Origin: Bacillota bacterium
GTDB lineage: Bacteria; Bacillota; Ch66; Ch109
Direction of reading: 5' to 3'
DNA length: 64,000 nt
NCBI GenBank assembly: GCA_050952625.1
Contig: JBMNLH010000001.1
Span: 64,001-128,000 of the forward strand
This document shows, piece by piece, positions 30,372-40,739 of the stretch. The first letter of the stretch is position 1. Every line of letters starts with the position of its first letter. The translations under genes and the position numbers were made by a program. Below the pieces are notes generated by a model. It saw only the letters and a program-made list of their open reading frames with translations, was not told where the DNA came from and did not search any database.

Positions 30372-31595
30372 TTGTCGCTCCAACGAGCCAGGGTGCTGAC
30401 TGCCTGTTCCCACCGCCAACCCGATCAGGTGCCCAAAGGGGAATTCGGGATTGAGCCGGGTTTGCGGCAGCGGCTGCTTGGGTTGTTGCGCAAGGAACAA
30501 AGAATAATAAGCCATCCGGATAAAAACGTACCTGCTCCTGCGGGTAGTTGGCAAAATCAAGGGAGCGACCAGGCCAACAAATTATTGACCAAGAGCAAGT
30601 CAAGCGAGTCAGAGGAAATAGAACCACCAAAAAGCAGTTTTATCCACGCGGAATCGCCAAAGGACCAGACTGATCGAGAAATGGCCGAACTGATCTCGGT
30701 GTTGGCCGGGTTGGACATGGATCTTACCGCTGCGAACCCATATTTCGCGCCCCGTCAGGATTTAGGGCCTGACCCCCGCGGCCGGCGGCGGTGGCTGGAT
30801 TTCTGGGGAAATGAAGTAATTGAGGTTGGGGCGTCCACCGGCGTAGTTAGACCGGCCTGTTCTGGAATCAAGGAACTGCTGAACTACGCTTTCCCCCAGT
30901 TGGAGACAGTGGATTTTGCCATGATTAAGCGGTGGTCGCAGGAGACCCCGTTTTTTATTTTCAGCCAGGTGCCAGGACCGTTTAGCCTGCTGGCCGGGTT
31001 AACCTCGTTTCTGGATTTTTTACGGTTTACGGAAACTAACCAGTTGGAATTAAAGCAATTAGCCGCAGCAGCCGGCCAATGGCTGGGGGACTTGCTGCAA
31101 GCGTGCATTACCGCTGGAGCCCAGGGAATAGTGATTACCGAGGACCTGGCTTATAATCGAAGCCCCTGGATACACATAAAGGTATTGCGTCAAGTATTTT
31201 GGCCTGCTTTAGCGGAGATGGTCGAGTTAGCGAAAAAGGCCGGGGTGCCGGTTTTACTGCATTGTGATGGAGATGTCCGTTCCCTGCTGCCCGAGGTGGC
31301 GGACCTGGGTTTCAACGGAATTCACTCCCTGCAGCCTTCAGCCGGAGTTAATCTTGAGGTAGTTAAGGCTGAGTATGGTTCCCGACTTTGCCTGATGGGC
31401 AATCTCGATTGTGATTACCTCCTGCCGCAGGGAACTGTAGCAGAAGTTGAGGCAGCCACTCGGGAGACCTTGCGGGTGGGCAGCCCCGGCGGCGGATTTA
31501 TCCTGAGCAGCAGTGCTGGCATCCTTTCCTCAGACTGGCCAGCGGAAAACGTGCTGGCCATGTACCGAACGGCTGCTTCAGGCAAGTTTTTCTAA
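30372..31595 (+). CDS. Uroporphyrinogen decarboxylase family protein (methylcobamide methyltransferase-like)
   Basis: PDQVP, EDLAY, LLHCDG, IHSLQPSAG, LMGNLD, GT..EV, GGGFILSS. Confidence 0.85.
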   Translation: MSLQRARVLTACSHRQPDQVPKGEFGIEPGLRQRLLGLLRKEQRIISHPDKNVPAPAGSWQNQGSDQANKLLTKSKSSESEEIEPPKSSFIHAESPKDQTDREMAELISVLAGLDMDLTAANPYFAPRQDLGPDPRGRRRWLDFWGNEVIEVGASTGVVRPACSGIKELLNYAFPQLETVDFAMIKRWSQETPFFIFSQVPGPFSLLAGLTSFLDFLRFTETNQLELKQLAAAAGQWLGDLLQACITAGAQGIVITEDLAYNRSPWIHIKVLRQVFWPALAEMVELAKKAGVPVLLHCDGDVRSLLPEVADLGFNGIHSLQPSAGVNLEVVKAEYGSRLCLMGNLDCDYLLPQGTVAEVEAATRETLRVGSPGGGFILSSSAGILSSDWPAENVLAMYRTAASGKFF

Positions 31596-31842
31596 GGAAT
31601 TGTTATGTTAATGGGAATTGTTATGTTAACGCTCAGGTTGACCTAGAGCCAGTTATTGTCATTGATGGTTGTGTCCTTGGGGCATGGATGGTTAACAAGC
31701 CTTGGATTAAAAAGACAAGAGTATACTAGGAACTATGACATACGGCAGCAGAAAAAAGATCTGGGCGGGCTAGAAAAGATAGCAGGGAATCCGGAAGTAA
31801 TTCCAGATTCCCTGTCTTATGGATTGGCACATTATTTATGAA

Positions 31843-32706
31843 CTAGCCGCGGATGAACATCTGAGTCCAGTAATGCTTGTACGATCCGCCAGCAGCGTAA
31901 CCAATGCCGATCTGGTTATAGTTGGCGTTCAGGATGTTTTGCCGGTGACCCGGGCTGTTCATCCAGCCTTGAACCACCTGTTGAGGGGTGGTTTGCCCAG
32001 CCGCAATATTTTCCCCGGCAGCGGTAAACTTAATCCCGAAACTCCGCATCATATCAAACGGAGAACCATAGGTCGGTGAGTTGTGATCAAAATAGTTTTT
32101 ATCCCGCATATCTTGAGACTTGATCCGAGCAACTCGAGACAGTTCCGTGTTTAACTTCAGGGGAGCTAGACCAGCTTTCGCTCTTTCGGCATTAGTTAAA
32201 TCCAGCACCTGTTGTTCAAAGGAACTGATGTTAGACTGTTCACCAGGCGTTGGTTCACTGGGTGCCGGTTCGCTAGGAGTCGGCTCGTTCGGAGTCGGTT
32301 CACTGGGAGTCGGCTCACTAGGCGTCGGTTGACTTGGAGCCGGTTTATTCGGAACCCATTTATCCGTAGGTTGACTTGGCTTTGCTTTACCATTTGTCCA
32401 TTGATTATTCGGAGTTAAACGGTATTTGAAGTTAAATTGACAGTTGGCCGAATCGTTTCCCGGCAGGCAGATAATTTGTCCGGCGCAAAGTTGGTCTGCG
32501 TTCTTCAGTTGCGGATTGGCTTTTATTAGATCACTAATTTGCAGATTGCATTGATTGGCGATTTTCCACAGCGTATCACCCTGAGCTACTTGGCAGTTGT
32601 TTGCTCCAAAGGCTAATGATCCCGGTAAGATCAATGCCAGACTGAGGAGCAGGGCAACTACGATTCTGGGAGGTCTTCTTTTTGGGAACAGGTGCTTTGG
32701 CGACAA
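31843..32706 (-). CDS. Secreted LysM + CAP/SCP domain protein (SafA/YkwD-like)
   Basis: Signal peptide, LysM VAQGDTLWKIA..ANPQL, PTPSE linker, CAP domain EQQVLDLTNAER..HNSPTYGSPF..GENIA..WMNSPGHRQNIL. Confidence 0.92.
   Translation of the reverse strand: MSPKHLFPKRRPPRIVVALLLSLALILPGSLAFGANNCQVAQGDTLWKIANQCNLQISDLIKANPQLKNADQLCAGQIICLPGNDSANCQFNFKYRLTPNNQWTNGKAKPSQPTDKWVPNKPAPSQPTPSEPTPSEPTPNEPTPSEPAPSEPTPGEQSNISSFEQQVLDLTNAERAKAGLAPLKLNTELSRVARIKSQDMRDKNYFDHNSPTYGSPFDMMRSFGIKFTAAGENIAAGQTTPQQVVQGWMNSPGHRQNILNANYNQIGIGYAAGGSYKHYWTQMFIRG
32245..32345 (-). repeat. 15-bp coding repeat (PTPSE-type linker)
   Basis: PAPSQ PTPSE PTPSE PTPNE PTPSE PAPSE PTPGE. Confidence 0.85.
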
Positions 32707-32980
32707 GAGAACCCCTCCTCTAAAAAAATATGTTGATAGGCAAAGTCGCTTGTTTCTGACTGCTGCCTACCTGGAAGTTATTCTAAGGTTGTCGGTAAAA
32801 AACGTCAATCGGATAAATATTGGTAATAGGGTAGGAATAAACTTGAATGCTTGTCTTTTAACGGTTGATAGGCTAGCAGGTAAATAGTGGCAGGGGCATG
32901 GAGCTAACCCGAAGGTTAGCCAAAGATGGGGAATTCATTAAGCAAGAGCCAACAATTGTTGGTGATTATCTTTAACTTAC

Positions 32981-33021
32981 GCTTGTGTTTTAATTCGGTC
33001 AGCAGACTAAGCTGGGAACGA
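32981..33021 (+). repeat. Dispersed repeat family A copy
   Basis: gcttgtgttttaattcggtcagcagactaagctgggaacga, matching 12921-12960. Confidence 0.65.
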
Positions 33022-33117
33022 ACCGAGACCGCTTCGAGCAGGCATCAAATCCGCCCAGCGAGCTTAGACATTGATGCCTGCTAATCCTCAGCCGTCTCCG
33101 TTCAGAGCTTATGACAT

Positions 33118-34443
33118 TTATTTTCCCAGCGGGTTGATCACCAGGCCGGTAATCAGCTTGGGATAAAAATAGGTTGATTTTTGCGGCATCTTATCCCCGG
33201 CTGCGGCGACCGCGGTAACCTCCTCCACTTGGGTAGGGTTTAGGAAAAAGGCTAACTGATCAACTCCTGAATTAACCAGATTTAAGGCCTCTTCCTCGCT
33301 TCGGGTATAGGTCAGGTGGTCCTGGTTTTTCCGCTGTTCACTGCCGATTCCGAGCATTTGGTCAAGGATTAAGTTGTCTAAAATTGCTACATCCAAGTTC
33401 CGCCAAGCTGCTGAGCGTTTAGGATCAAGCAGGTCTTGAGGGGAGCATTCTGGTCGCATGGTCAGCAGATACAATACCCGGTCCCGTGAATACATCCCAA
33501 AAGCGTGGCCGGACTTTCCTTTTTCTTCAAGCAGCTTAAAGAAGTCAGTGATGATTTGTTGATTTTCTTCCTTGCCGGCTGGTATCGGAAAGGCTTTTAA
33601 ATCAAAATAGGCATTAAGCTGTTCCTTGAGTCGGGGAAAATCTAGATTGCGGATGTTTTTCACCAGGCGGTGAGTGGGTAGGATCAACATACCGGGATCA
33701 TATAGGTTTACTAAGGTCATTAAAACAGTGTCATAACCGGTTAAACCTTGGGACTGCATTTCCTCGGCGTAGCTCAGAGCCGTTTCGTAACGATGGTGGC
33801 CATCCGCGATATAGACCGGCTTATTGGCCATATAATTGACTACTGTAGTTAGTGCCGTGGGATCGGTAATCACCCAGAGTCGATGGGTCTCTCCAGCCTC
33901 ATCGGTGAATTCCACATCAGCTGGCCTGTTTTGTCGCGCTTCGCTTAAGGTTTGATTAATTAAATTTTCAGCGTCTGCATACAGACCAAAGACTGGGCTG
34001 AAGTTTGCTTGACAGGCCCGCATTAGCTGTAATCGATCAGCCTTGGGTTTGGAGAGAGTTTCTTCATGCGGTAAAATATTTCCTTTGGAATAAGGTTCCA
34101 GATGAATTCCACAAATAAAACCGGTGCGAACCTTTTTTTCCCCACGCAGGTCAAATTCTTGTTCGTACAAGTATAAGGCCGGTTTTTCTTCTCGAACCAG
34201 GATTTCTTCTTCTTGCCAGCGGGTAAAATAGCTGGCAGCTCTAGTGTAACGGTTATTTTTTTCATCATCCTGCGCAAAAATTTGCCCTAATTCAAGGCGG
34301 ATAATGTTACTGGGATCGTTAGCATAATAGCGAGCTTGAGCAACACTGTCGATAATATCATACGGCGGGGTAACTACCTGAGAAAGGTCTCCAACCTTGG
34401 CTCGGTTGTAGCGGATTCCCCGAATGGGAATGACAGTAGCCAT
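33118..34443 (-). CDS. DUF1015 family protein
   Basis: TPPYDII, ILPHEET, NFSPVF, YIADGHHRYETA, ILPTHR, KMPQKSTYFYPK. Confidence 0.92.
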   Translation of the reverse strand: MATVIPIRGIRYNRAKVGDLSQVVTPPYDIIDSVAQARYYANDPSNIIRLELGQIFAQDDEKNNRYTRAASYFTRWQEEEILVREEKPALYLYEQEFDLRGEKKVRTGFICGIHLEPYSKGNILPHEETLSKPKADRLQLMRACQANFSPVFGLYADAENLINQTLSEARQNRPADVEFTDEAGETHRLWVITDPTALTTVVNYMANKPVYIADGHHRYETALSYAEEMQSQGLTGYDTVLMTLVNLYDPGMLILPTHRLVKNIRNLDFPRLKEQLNAYFDLKAFPIPAGKEENQQIITDFFKLLEEKGKSGHAFGMYSRDRVLYLLTMRPECSPQDLLDPKRSAAWRNLDVAILDNLILDQMLGIGSEQRKNQDHLTYTRSEEEALNLVNSGVDQLAFFLNPTQVEEVTAVAAAGDKMPQKSTYFYPKLITGLVINPLGK

Positions 34444-34582
34444 AATATCCTCCTTATCCCTTGTCAGTACAAAGCCTAACCTATTTTAGTATAAGTTTAG
34501 CTGTAATTCAATGGGTTCGAAAATTAGCAAAACGAAAAGATTTTTGGTAAAATGCAAGAAGACTAAGTGGAATAAGGGTGGA

Positions 34583-35354
34583 ATGGGACAGGTGTTAGTT
34601 GATTACCATATTCATGGGATCGGCCATCGGACCAATAAACATACAGCTCCGGAACTAGCTAAGTATATTGAGCAGGGGATAGCCCAAAACTTGACCGAAA
34701 TTGGTTTTGCCGATCATGATGAATATCTGCTCGAACTAGATTTTTCAAGTTTTCTTTACCTGCAAAAGCGTTATTCGCAAATCAGGCTTCGCCTTGGCTT
34801 GGAAGTTGATTATCGACCGGGACAGGAAATACTGTTGAACCAGCGGCTAGCACCCTATCAATTCGACTACCTGATCGGGTCGATCCATTTTATCGGTGAT
34901 TGGCCTTTCGATCATCCAGCTTATACCGCCGGGTATGCTGCCTGGGACATTGATGAATTGTACAAGACATATTTTTCATTAGTCACCCAGATGGTGAGAT
35001 CCGGGCAGTTTGATATTGTGGGACACCTGGATCTGATCAAAGTTTTTGGCTACCGACCACGACGTTCGGTCCTCGACTTGGCCGGTTCGACCCTGTCAGC
35101 TATCCAAGAAAGCGGAATGACGGTAGAAATTAATACGGCTGGTTGGTACAAGCCGGTGGGTGAGGTCTACCCGACCCGGGAACTCCTGGAGGAATGCTTC
35201 CGTTTAGGAATTCCAATTACTTTGAGCTCGGACGCGCATGCGGCCCAAGATGTCGGACGAGATATTGCGTGGGGCCCGCGAAATGGCCTGGGCCGTCGGC
35301 TACCGGCAGGTCGCGGTATTTGAAAAGCGACAGAGGAGTCTGCTGCCTTTGTGA
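34583..35354 (+). CDS. Histidinol-phosphatase, PHP (HisJ/HisK) family; apparent frameshift at about 35272
   Basis: DYHIH, GFADH, GLEVDY, DYLIGSIH, VGHLDLIK, EINTAG, YP, SSDAH. The C-terminus AREMAWAVGYRQVAVFEKRQR lies in a shifted frame. Confidence 0.85.
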
Positions 35355-35401
35355 GTAGACTCTCATATCACTAAGCAGCCACCAGAACAGGCAAAATTAA
35401 T

Positions 35402-35564
35402 CGCGCCGTGTTTTAACGCGGATCAGCGATTGATGGTCTGCATCAGCGAACAGCGGCGGAGGAGGATCTGCCGGCATCACTGGAGCCTGAAGGGCGAGCT
35501 TGATGCTGGCTCTAAGCGATAGGTCCGATCACAACCTGGTCTGCTGACCGAGTGATAACACAAG
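35402..35564. mobile_element. Possible MITE bounded by inverted family-A ends
   Basis: Left gtgttttaacgcggatcagc and right gctgaccgagtgataacac(aag) are imperfect inverted copies about 160 bp apart. Confidence 0.4.
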
Positions 35565-35608
35565 AATTTCGAATACATAAAAATTACTATGAAAGGAGTA
35601 GACTGATT

Positions 35609-35962
35609 ATGTTGGCTTATGATACAGCTCATCGTTTAGCCCGGGAACTAACTGAAACCGAGGAGTATCAGGCACTGATTCAGGCTCGGGATAAGGTTTA
35701 TGAGTCAGAGGCCAATAAGACGATGCTGGAAGACTTTCAGAAAAAACAAACCGAATTAAACAAGGCGCACCTAGCTGGGGAACAAATCCCGCCGGAAAAG
35801 GTTGAGCAATTGCAAAAATTAATGGAAGTGATGATGATGAATCCGGTGATCAGGGATTATCGAATCGCCGAACTAAAAATAGTCCGGCTGATGGGAGACA
35901 TTGAAAAAATCCTCTGGGATGCGGTCAGGCCGGGTTTGATCTTCACCGAGGGAATGGAGTAG
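35609..35962 (+). CDS. YlbF/YmcA family regulator
   Basis: YDTAHRLARELTETEEYQ...FQKKQ...NPVIRDY..AE pattern; AAGGAG RBS. Confidence 0.85.
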   Translation: MLAYDTAHRLARELTETEEYQALIQARDKVYESEANKTMLEDFQKKQTELNKAHLAGEQIPPEKVEQLQKLMEVMMMNPVIRDYRIAELKIVRLMGDIEKILWDAVRPGLIFTEGME

Positions 35963-36260
35963 TCACGCTTTAGTAACCTCAGTTTCCTTAATTAGCCACC
36001 CACGTTCCAAGGACACAACTATCTATGAAAATAGCGGACATATGTCATCCTGAGCGTTAGCGAGGGTCTTCCTTCTCAGCGTGACAGGATTCTTGTTTCA
36101 CCAGAATAACACGATATTAAAACTATTTATCAAAACCATTTTCTTTTTAAAACCACTTAACCTGGAGGCATACAATATATCTCCGGGTTTTTTGTTTACG
36201 AATCGAAGAAAATCTTTATAATTATTGTTGTTTAAAGTCGCGAATAAGGGGGACAGAGGA

Positions 36261-37121
36261 TTGTATCAAATTGTCGGAAAAAAAGTACTGGCTCCAGGGA
36301 TCAAACGTTTTGAGGTGGCAGCCCCGTTAGTAGCCCGGAATGCCCAGGCCGGTCAGTTTATTATGCTGCGGTTAGACGAGTATGGGGAGAGGATTCCCTT
36401 AACCATTGCTGATTTGGACCCGGATCAAGGGACCGTTACGATAATTGTTCAAGAGATCGGAAAAAGCACTGAATTGCTCGGCCGACTGGAGGCGGGCGAC
36501 TTTATCCTTGACTTTGTCGGACCGCTGGGTAAACCCTCACATATTAAAAAATTTGGGCGAGTAGTCATGATTGGCGGAGGGGTAGGTATTGCGCCGATCC
36601 ATCCCATCGCTCGGGAAATGAAACGAGCCGGCAACGAGGTGATATCGGTTCTAGGGACGCGCAGCCGTGAGTTACTGATTATGGAAGAGGAAATGAAGCT
36701 GGCCAGCACAGAAGTGCTCATTACCACCGATGATGGGTCATATGGCCGTCAGGGTTTTGTCACTGATGTGCTCAAAGATCTGATTGCCAATCGAGGACCG
36801 CTAGACTTAGTAGTTGCGATTGGCCCAATGGTCATGATGGAAGCGGTCTGTCGGGTAACCCGGGGGCCGGGAATTCCGACCGTTGTTAGTCTTAACCCGA
36901 TTATGGTGGACGGGACCGGGATGTGCGGGGCGTGTCGGGTTCAGGTCGGGTCGGACACGAAGTTTGCCTGCGTTGACGGACCAGAATTTGACGGACACCT
37001 GGTCGATTGGGAACTGGCCAAACGTCGGGCCCGCCTGTTCATCCAAGAGGAAAAACGAGCCGTCGCCGAACACGCGGCCAAACGGGAGAGGGGGAGATGT
37101 GGATGCGGCTGCCATCAGTAG
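36261..37121 (+). CDS. nfnA: Electron-bifurcating transhydrogenase small subunit (NfnA/SudB-like)
   Basis: AGQFIML, GERIPLTIAD, GPLG, GGGVGIAP, SLNPIMVDGTGMCGACRV, FACVDGPEFDGH. Confidence 0.88.
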   Translation: MYQIVGKKVLAPGIKRFEVAAPLVARNAQAGQFIMLRLDEYGERIPLTIADLDPDQGTVTIIVQEIGKSTELLGRLEAGDFILDFVGPLGKPSHIKKFGRVVMIGGGVGIAPIHPIAREMKRAGNEVISVLGTRSRELLIMEEEMKLASTEVLITTDDGSYGRQGFVTDVLKDLIANRGPLDLVVAIGPMVMMEAVCRVTRGPGIPTVVSLNPIMVDGTGMCGACRVQVGSDTKFACVDGPEFDGHLVDWELAKRRARLFIQEEKRAVAEHAAKRERGRCGCGCHQ

Positions 37122-38542
37122 ATGAATTAAAGAAAGCGGCGAAAAGCACCACCAAACGGCCTATGCCCAGCCAGGACCCCCAATTGCGGGTGAAAAATTT
37201 TCGGGAGGTTGCCCTGGGGTATACTGAGGAGGATGCCCTCCTGGAAGCCAGCCGATGTCTCAATTGTAAAAAAGAATACTGCCGGGAGGGTTGTCCGGTT
37301 GAAATTGATATTCCGGCTTTTATTAAACGAATAAAAGAACAGGACTATTTGGGAGCGGCCCGGACAATTAAAGAAAAGAGCAGCCTGCCGGCAATCTGCG
37401 GTCGGGTTTGTCCCCAGGAAAGCCAGTGTGAAAAGTATTGCGTCCGCGGCCAAAAAGGTGAGCCAGTAGCCATTGGCCGGTTGGAACGGTTTGTGGCTGA
37501 TTACGAGTTAGCTCACGGCAGTTCAGCGGCCGGCAGTCTGGAAAAGCCGGTCAGCAACGGGCACCGGGTGGCCGTGGTGGGTTCGGGTCCAGCGGGTTTA
37601 ACGGTTGCCGGTGATCTGGCCCGCAAAGGTTATGCCGTAACCATATTTGAAGCCTTGCACGTGGCTGGCGGGGTGCTAATGTATGGGATTCCTGAGTTTC
37701 GACTTCCCAAAACAATCGTGCAGCGGGAGATTGAAGGGATCCGGCAGTTGGGAGTAGATATTCAAACCAATGTGGTCGTCGGCCGAACCATTACCGTGGA
37801 ACAGCTTTTAAGCGAAGGGTATGAGGCAGTCTTTGTGGGTACCGGGGCTGGCTTACCGTATTTTATGGGGATTCCGGGAGAGAACCTGAATGGCGTCTAT
37901 TCGGCCAATGAGTTTTTAACCCGGGTCAACTTAATGAAGGGCTATCTTTTCCCGCAGTACCTGACCCCGGTCAAAGTCGGCCGCCGGGTCGCGGTCCTGG
38001 GAGCCGGCAATGTGGCGATGGACGCAGCCCGCACTGCCTTACGGTTGGGGGCGGAAGAGGTTTATATTGTCTATCGCCGGTCCGAAGCGGAGATGCCGGC
38101 CCGGCACGAAGAGATCGAATGTGCCAAAGAAGAAGGGGTGCAATTCAGGCTGTTAACCAACCCAGTCGCCATCAATGGCGATCAGGAAGGTTGGGTTAAA
38201 AAACTGGTTTGCCTCCGTTATGAACTGGGCGAACCAGATGAATCCGGCCGACGTTCCCCCATCCCCATCCCTGGCTCCGAGCACAGTCTGGAAGTGGAGA
38301 CCGTGGTGGTAGCGATCGGCCAGGGGCCAAACCCATTAGTTGCTTCGACTACCGAAGGGCTGGCGGTTAACAAGCGGGGTAATATTGTGGCCGATGAAAA
38401 TGGTCAGACTTCACGGCCAAGGGTGTTTGCCGGGGGGGACATCGTGACCGGCTCGGCAACCGTTATTCTAGCCATGGGTGCCGGGAAAAAAGCAGCCGTC
38501 GCCATTGACCGGGCCTTACGCGAGGGGAGAGGAGAGTACTAA
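37097..38542 (+). CDS. nfnB: Electron-bifurcating transhydrogenase large subunit (NfnB/GltD-like)
   Basis: EASRCLNC, CPVEIDIP, CGRVCPQESQCE, GSGPAGL, YGIPEFRLP, GAGNVAMD, FAGGDIVTGSATVILAM; paired with nfnA. Confidence 0.88.
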   Translation: MWMRLPSVDELKKAAKSTTKRPMPSQDPQLRVKNFREVALGYTEEDALLEASRCLNCKKEYCREGCPVEIDIPAFIKRIKEQDYLGAARTIKEKSSLPAICGRVCPQESQCEKYCVRGQKGEPVAIGRLERFVADYELAHGSSAAGSLEKPVSNGHRVAVVGSGPAGLTVAGDLARKGYAVTIFEALHVAGGVLMYGIPEFRLPKTIVQREIEGIRQLGVDIQTNVVVGRTITVEQLLSEGYEAVFVGTGAGLPYFMGIPGENLNGVYSANEFLTRVNLMKGYLFPQYLTPVKVGRRVAVLGAGNVAMDAARTALRLGAEEVYIVYRRSEAEMPARHEEIECAKEEGVQFRLLTNPVAINGDQEGWVKKLVCLRYELGEPDESGRRSPIPIPGSEHSLEVETVVVAIGQGPNPLVASTTEGLAVNKRGNIVADENGQTSRPRVFAGGDIVTGSATVILAMGAGKKAAVAIDRALREGRGEY

Positions 38543-38859
38543 ATCCTGAATATATCATTTCGCAAGTAGCGTGAGAATTGAATTCCTTGCTAAATGGGCC
38601 TGAGACGGGAGTTAACCGGCTTCAGGCTCATTTTTTTGTTTATCATATAACCTGAAGTGTGGGTAAGATGGTAAACTATAACGAATGGTTATGTATCAGT
38701 TCACCTCAAACCAACACTTGTTTTCCGAAAAAGCGTATAATCAAGGGTAAACTATTTTATAATGGCTTAGCATTTTTCAAGAAGTGGGAGTCTTTTGATT
38801 CAGATCAAAACAGTTTCGAAATTCAGCCAGTTGGTAAATCATTGACTGGGGGTATTAGT

Positions 38860-40014
38860 TTGATCTATTTAGATAATGCGGCTACCTCCTGGCCCAAGCC
38901 AGAGGTTGTCTATCAGGCGGCCGATCAGTGCCTGAGGGAATATGGAGCTAACCCCGGTCGGGGCGGTCATCGGTTATCCCTGCAGGCGGGACGGATGATT
39001 TTAGAGACCAGAGAACTGCTGGCGACTCTTTTTAATATTCCAGATTCATCCCGGATCATCTTTACCGGTAACGTTACCGAAGCCCTGAACTTAGCCATTA
39101 AAGGGTGGCTGCGGCCGGGTGATCATCTGGTCATGACCTCCATGGAACATAATGCTGTGGCTCGGCCGGTTTTCGGCCTTCAAGAACTGGGGGTTAGTCA
39201 TTCTGTGGTTCAGTGTTCACCGGAAGGTCGGTTAGCTGTGCGCGATCTGGAAAAAAGCCTGCGCCCAAACACCCGGTTAATCTGCATTAATCATGCTTCC
39301 AATGTAACGGGGACTATTCAGCCGCTTGAAGAAATTGGCGATCTGGCGGCGCGGAAAGGGATACCGTTGCTGGTAGATTGCGCTCAGACCGCCGGCGTGC
39401 TGCCGATAGATGTTGAAAAGTGTCAGATAAGTTTGTTGGCTTTTACTGGTCACAAAGGTTTGTTCGGCCCTCCGGGGACCGGCGGGTTGTATATTGCCGA
39501 GGGAATCAACCTGAGACCGCTTAAAGAAGGTGGGACCGGCAGCAAATCGGAACTGTTGTCACAGCCTGAAGACCTGCCCGAACGGTTTGAAAGCGGTACC
39601 CCTAATACCTCTGGTCTGGCCGGACTAGGAGCTGGAGTTAAGTTTATTCTCGATCAAGGAATAGACACAATCCGACGGCATGAACAGGAATTAACCCGAC
39701 AGCTTCTGGATGGGCTGCAGCGGCTAGAGGGAGTAACCATTTACGGGCCGAGAGATTATACAGAACAGACCGCGGTTATTTCTTTGAATATCGAGGGTCG
39801 GGATGCGGCGGAATTCAGTTTTTTATTAGACCATTTATTTGATATTGCAACGAGAGCTGGTTTGCACTGCGCCCCCTTAGCCCATCAAACCCTGGGTACC
39901 CTGGAAACCGGCACCCTGCGGCTCAGTCCGGGTTACTTTAATACCGCAGAAGAAATGAATGTTCTGCTAGAGGCCCTGCATTCAATTGTCAAGGATCAGT
40001 CGCCGGGGCGATAA
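38860..40014 (+). CDS. Cysteine desulfurase family protein (class V aminotransferase)
   Basis: IYLDNAATSWPKP, MEHNAV, HASNVTG, FTGHKGL, ESGTPN, RAGLHCAP. Confidence 0.92.
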   Translation: MIYLDNAATSWPKPEVVYQAADQCLREYGANPGRGGHRLSLQAGRMILETRELLATLFNIPDSSRIIFTGNVTEALNLAIKGWLRPGDHLVMTSMEHNAVARPVFGLQELGVSHSVVQCSPEGRLAVRDLEKSLRPNTRLICINHASNVTGTIQPLEEIGDLAARKGIPLLVDCAQTAGVLPIDVEKCQISLLAFTGHKGLFGPPGTGGLYIAEGINLRPLKEGGTGSKSELLSQPEDLPERFESGTPNTSGLAGLGAGVKFILDQGIDTIRRHEQELTRQLLDGLQRLEGVTIYGPRDYTEQTAVISLNIEGRDAAEFSFLLDHLFDIATRAGLHCAPLAHQTLGTLETGTLRLSPGYFNTAEEMNVLLEALHSIVKDQSPGR

Positions 40015-40098
40015 CCCGAGGCAACTAGATCCGGGGATAAGGATAAATCAAACGGTTCTCTTTTACCGTCTTACTCTTAAATAAACAGGTGATAAGAT

Positions 40099-40359
40099 AT
40101 GGCTAACGAAAACCTGGCTTATACAGTATTTACTTTCGTCTCCACCCACCATGCCTTGAAAGCCGAGCAGGTTCTGAAACAGGAACGCCTTCAAGGGACG
40201 ATTATGCCAGTGCCCCGCGAATTATCTTCCTTATGTGGACTAGCTATTCGTGTTGAGCCGGGCCTGCGCGAGCAAGTGGAATCCGTCTTACGCAACAAAG
40301 GGGTCGGAATAGATGAAATAGTCGAGTTGAAACCGCGCTTTAGACCGAAACATCAATGA
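40099..40359 (+). CDS. DUF3343 domain protein
   Basis: FTFVSTHHALKAE..L, IMPVPRELSSLCGLAIR. Confidence 0.88.
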   Translation: MANENLAYTVFTFVSTHHALKAEQVLKQERLQGTIMPVPRELSSLCGLAIRVEPGLREQVESVLRNKGVGIDEIVELKPRFRPKHQ

Positions 40360-40504
40360 ACTCGTCAAGCTTCACGGAAAAGCTTTATTCACTGAAATTC
40401 TTGGATAGTGCCGAACATCGATCCGGTTTTCAACTCAGATAATCAATAACCTTGAGCTAGCCCGCGGATTATAGACTTATTCAGAGATTTGTGCTACTCT
40501 AAAA

Positions 40505-40605
40505 AGTGAACTATTCAGCTTCGCTGAACACCGAGGCTTCAGATGGAGACTTTACTTCACCTGAAGCTGTAACCAAAGCAACCCACTTACAGAAGCGGGA
40601 GTCTT
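40505..40605 (+). repeat. Dispersed palindromic repeat family B (about 100-130 bp), copy 1
   Basis: AGTGAAC..TTCAGCTTCGCTGAACA..GGCTTCAGATGGAG..CACCTGAAG..CCCACTTA, shared by four copies. Confidence 0.85.
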
Positions 40606-40739
40606 GTGATTCCGATGAATTATATAATTATTCGGCATGAATCGTTGAAACAGGAATATCTTTGAGGTATTCTTTCATAAGGAAAGGAACGAGGAAAGGA
40701 ACGGTCGATAATGCGTAATGGAAAGGAGACCGTGAGAAA

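Noticed and set aside
36043-36086. TGTCATCCTGAGCG..CTCAGCGTGACA palindrome resembling a known dispersed palindromic repeat
   Set aside because: Single degenerate copy in the window; insufficient support for a feature call.
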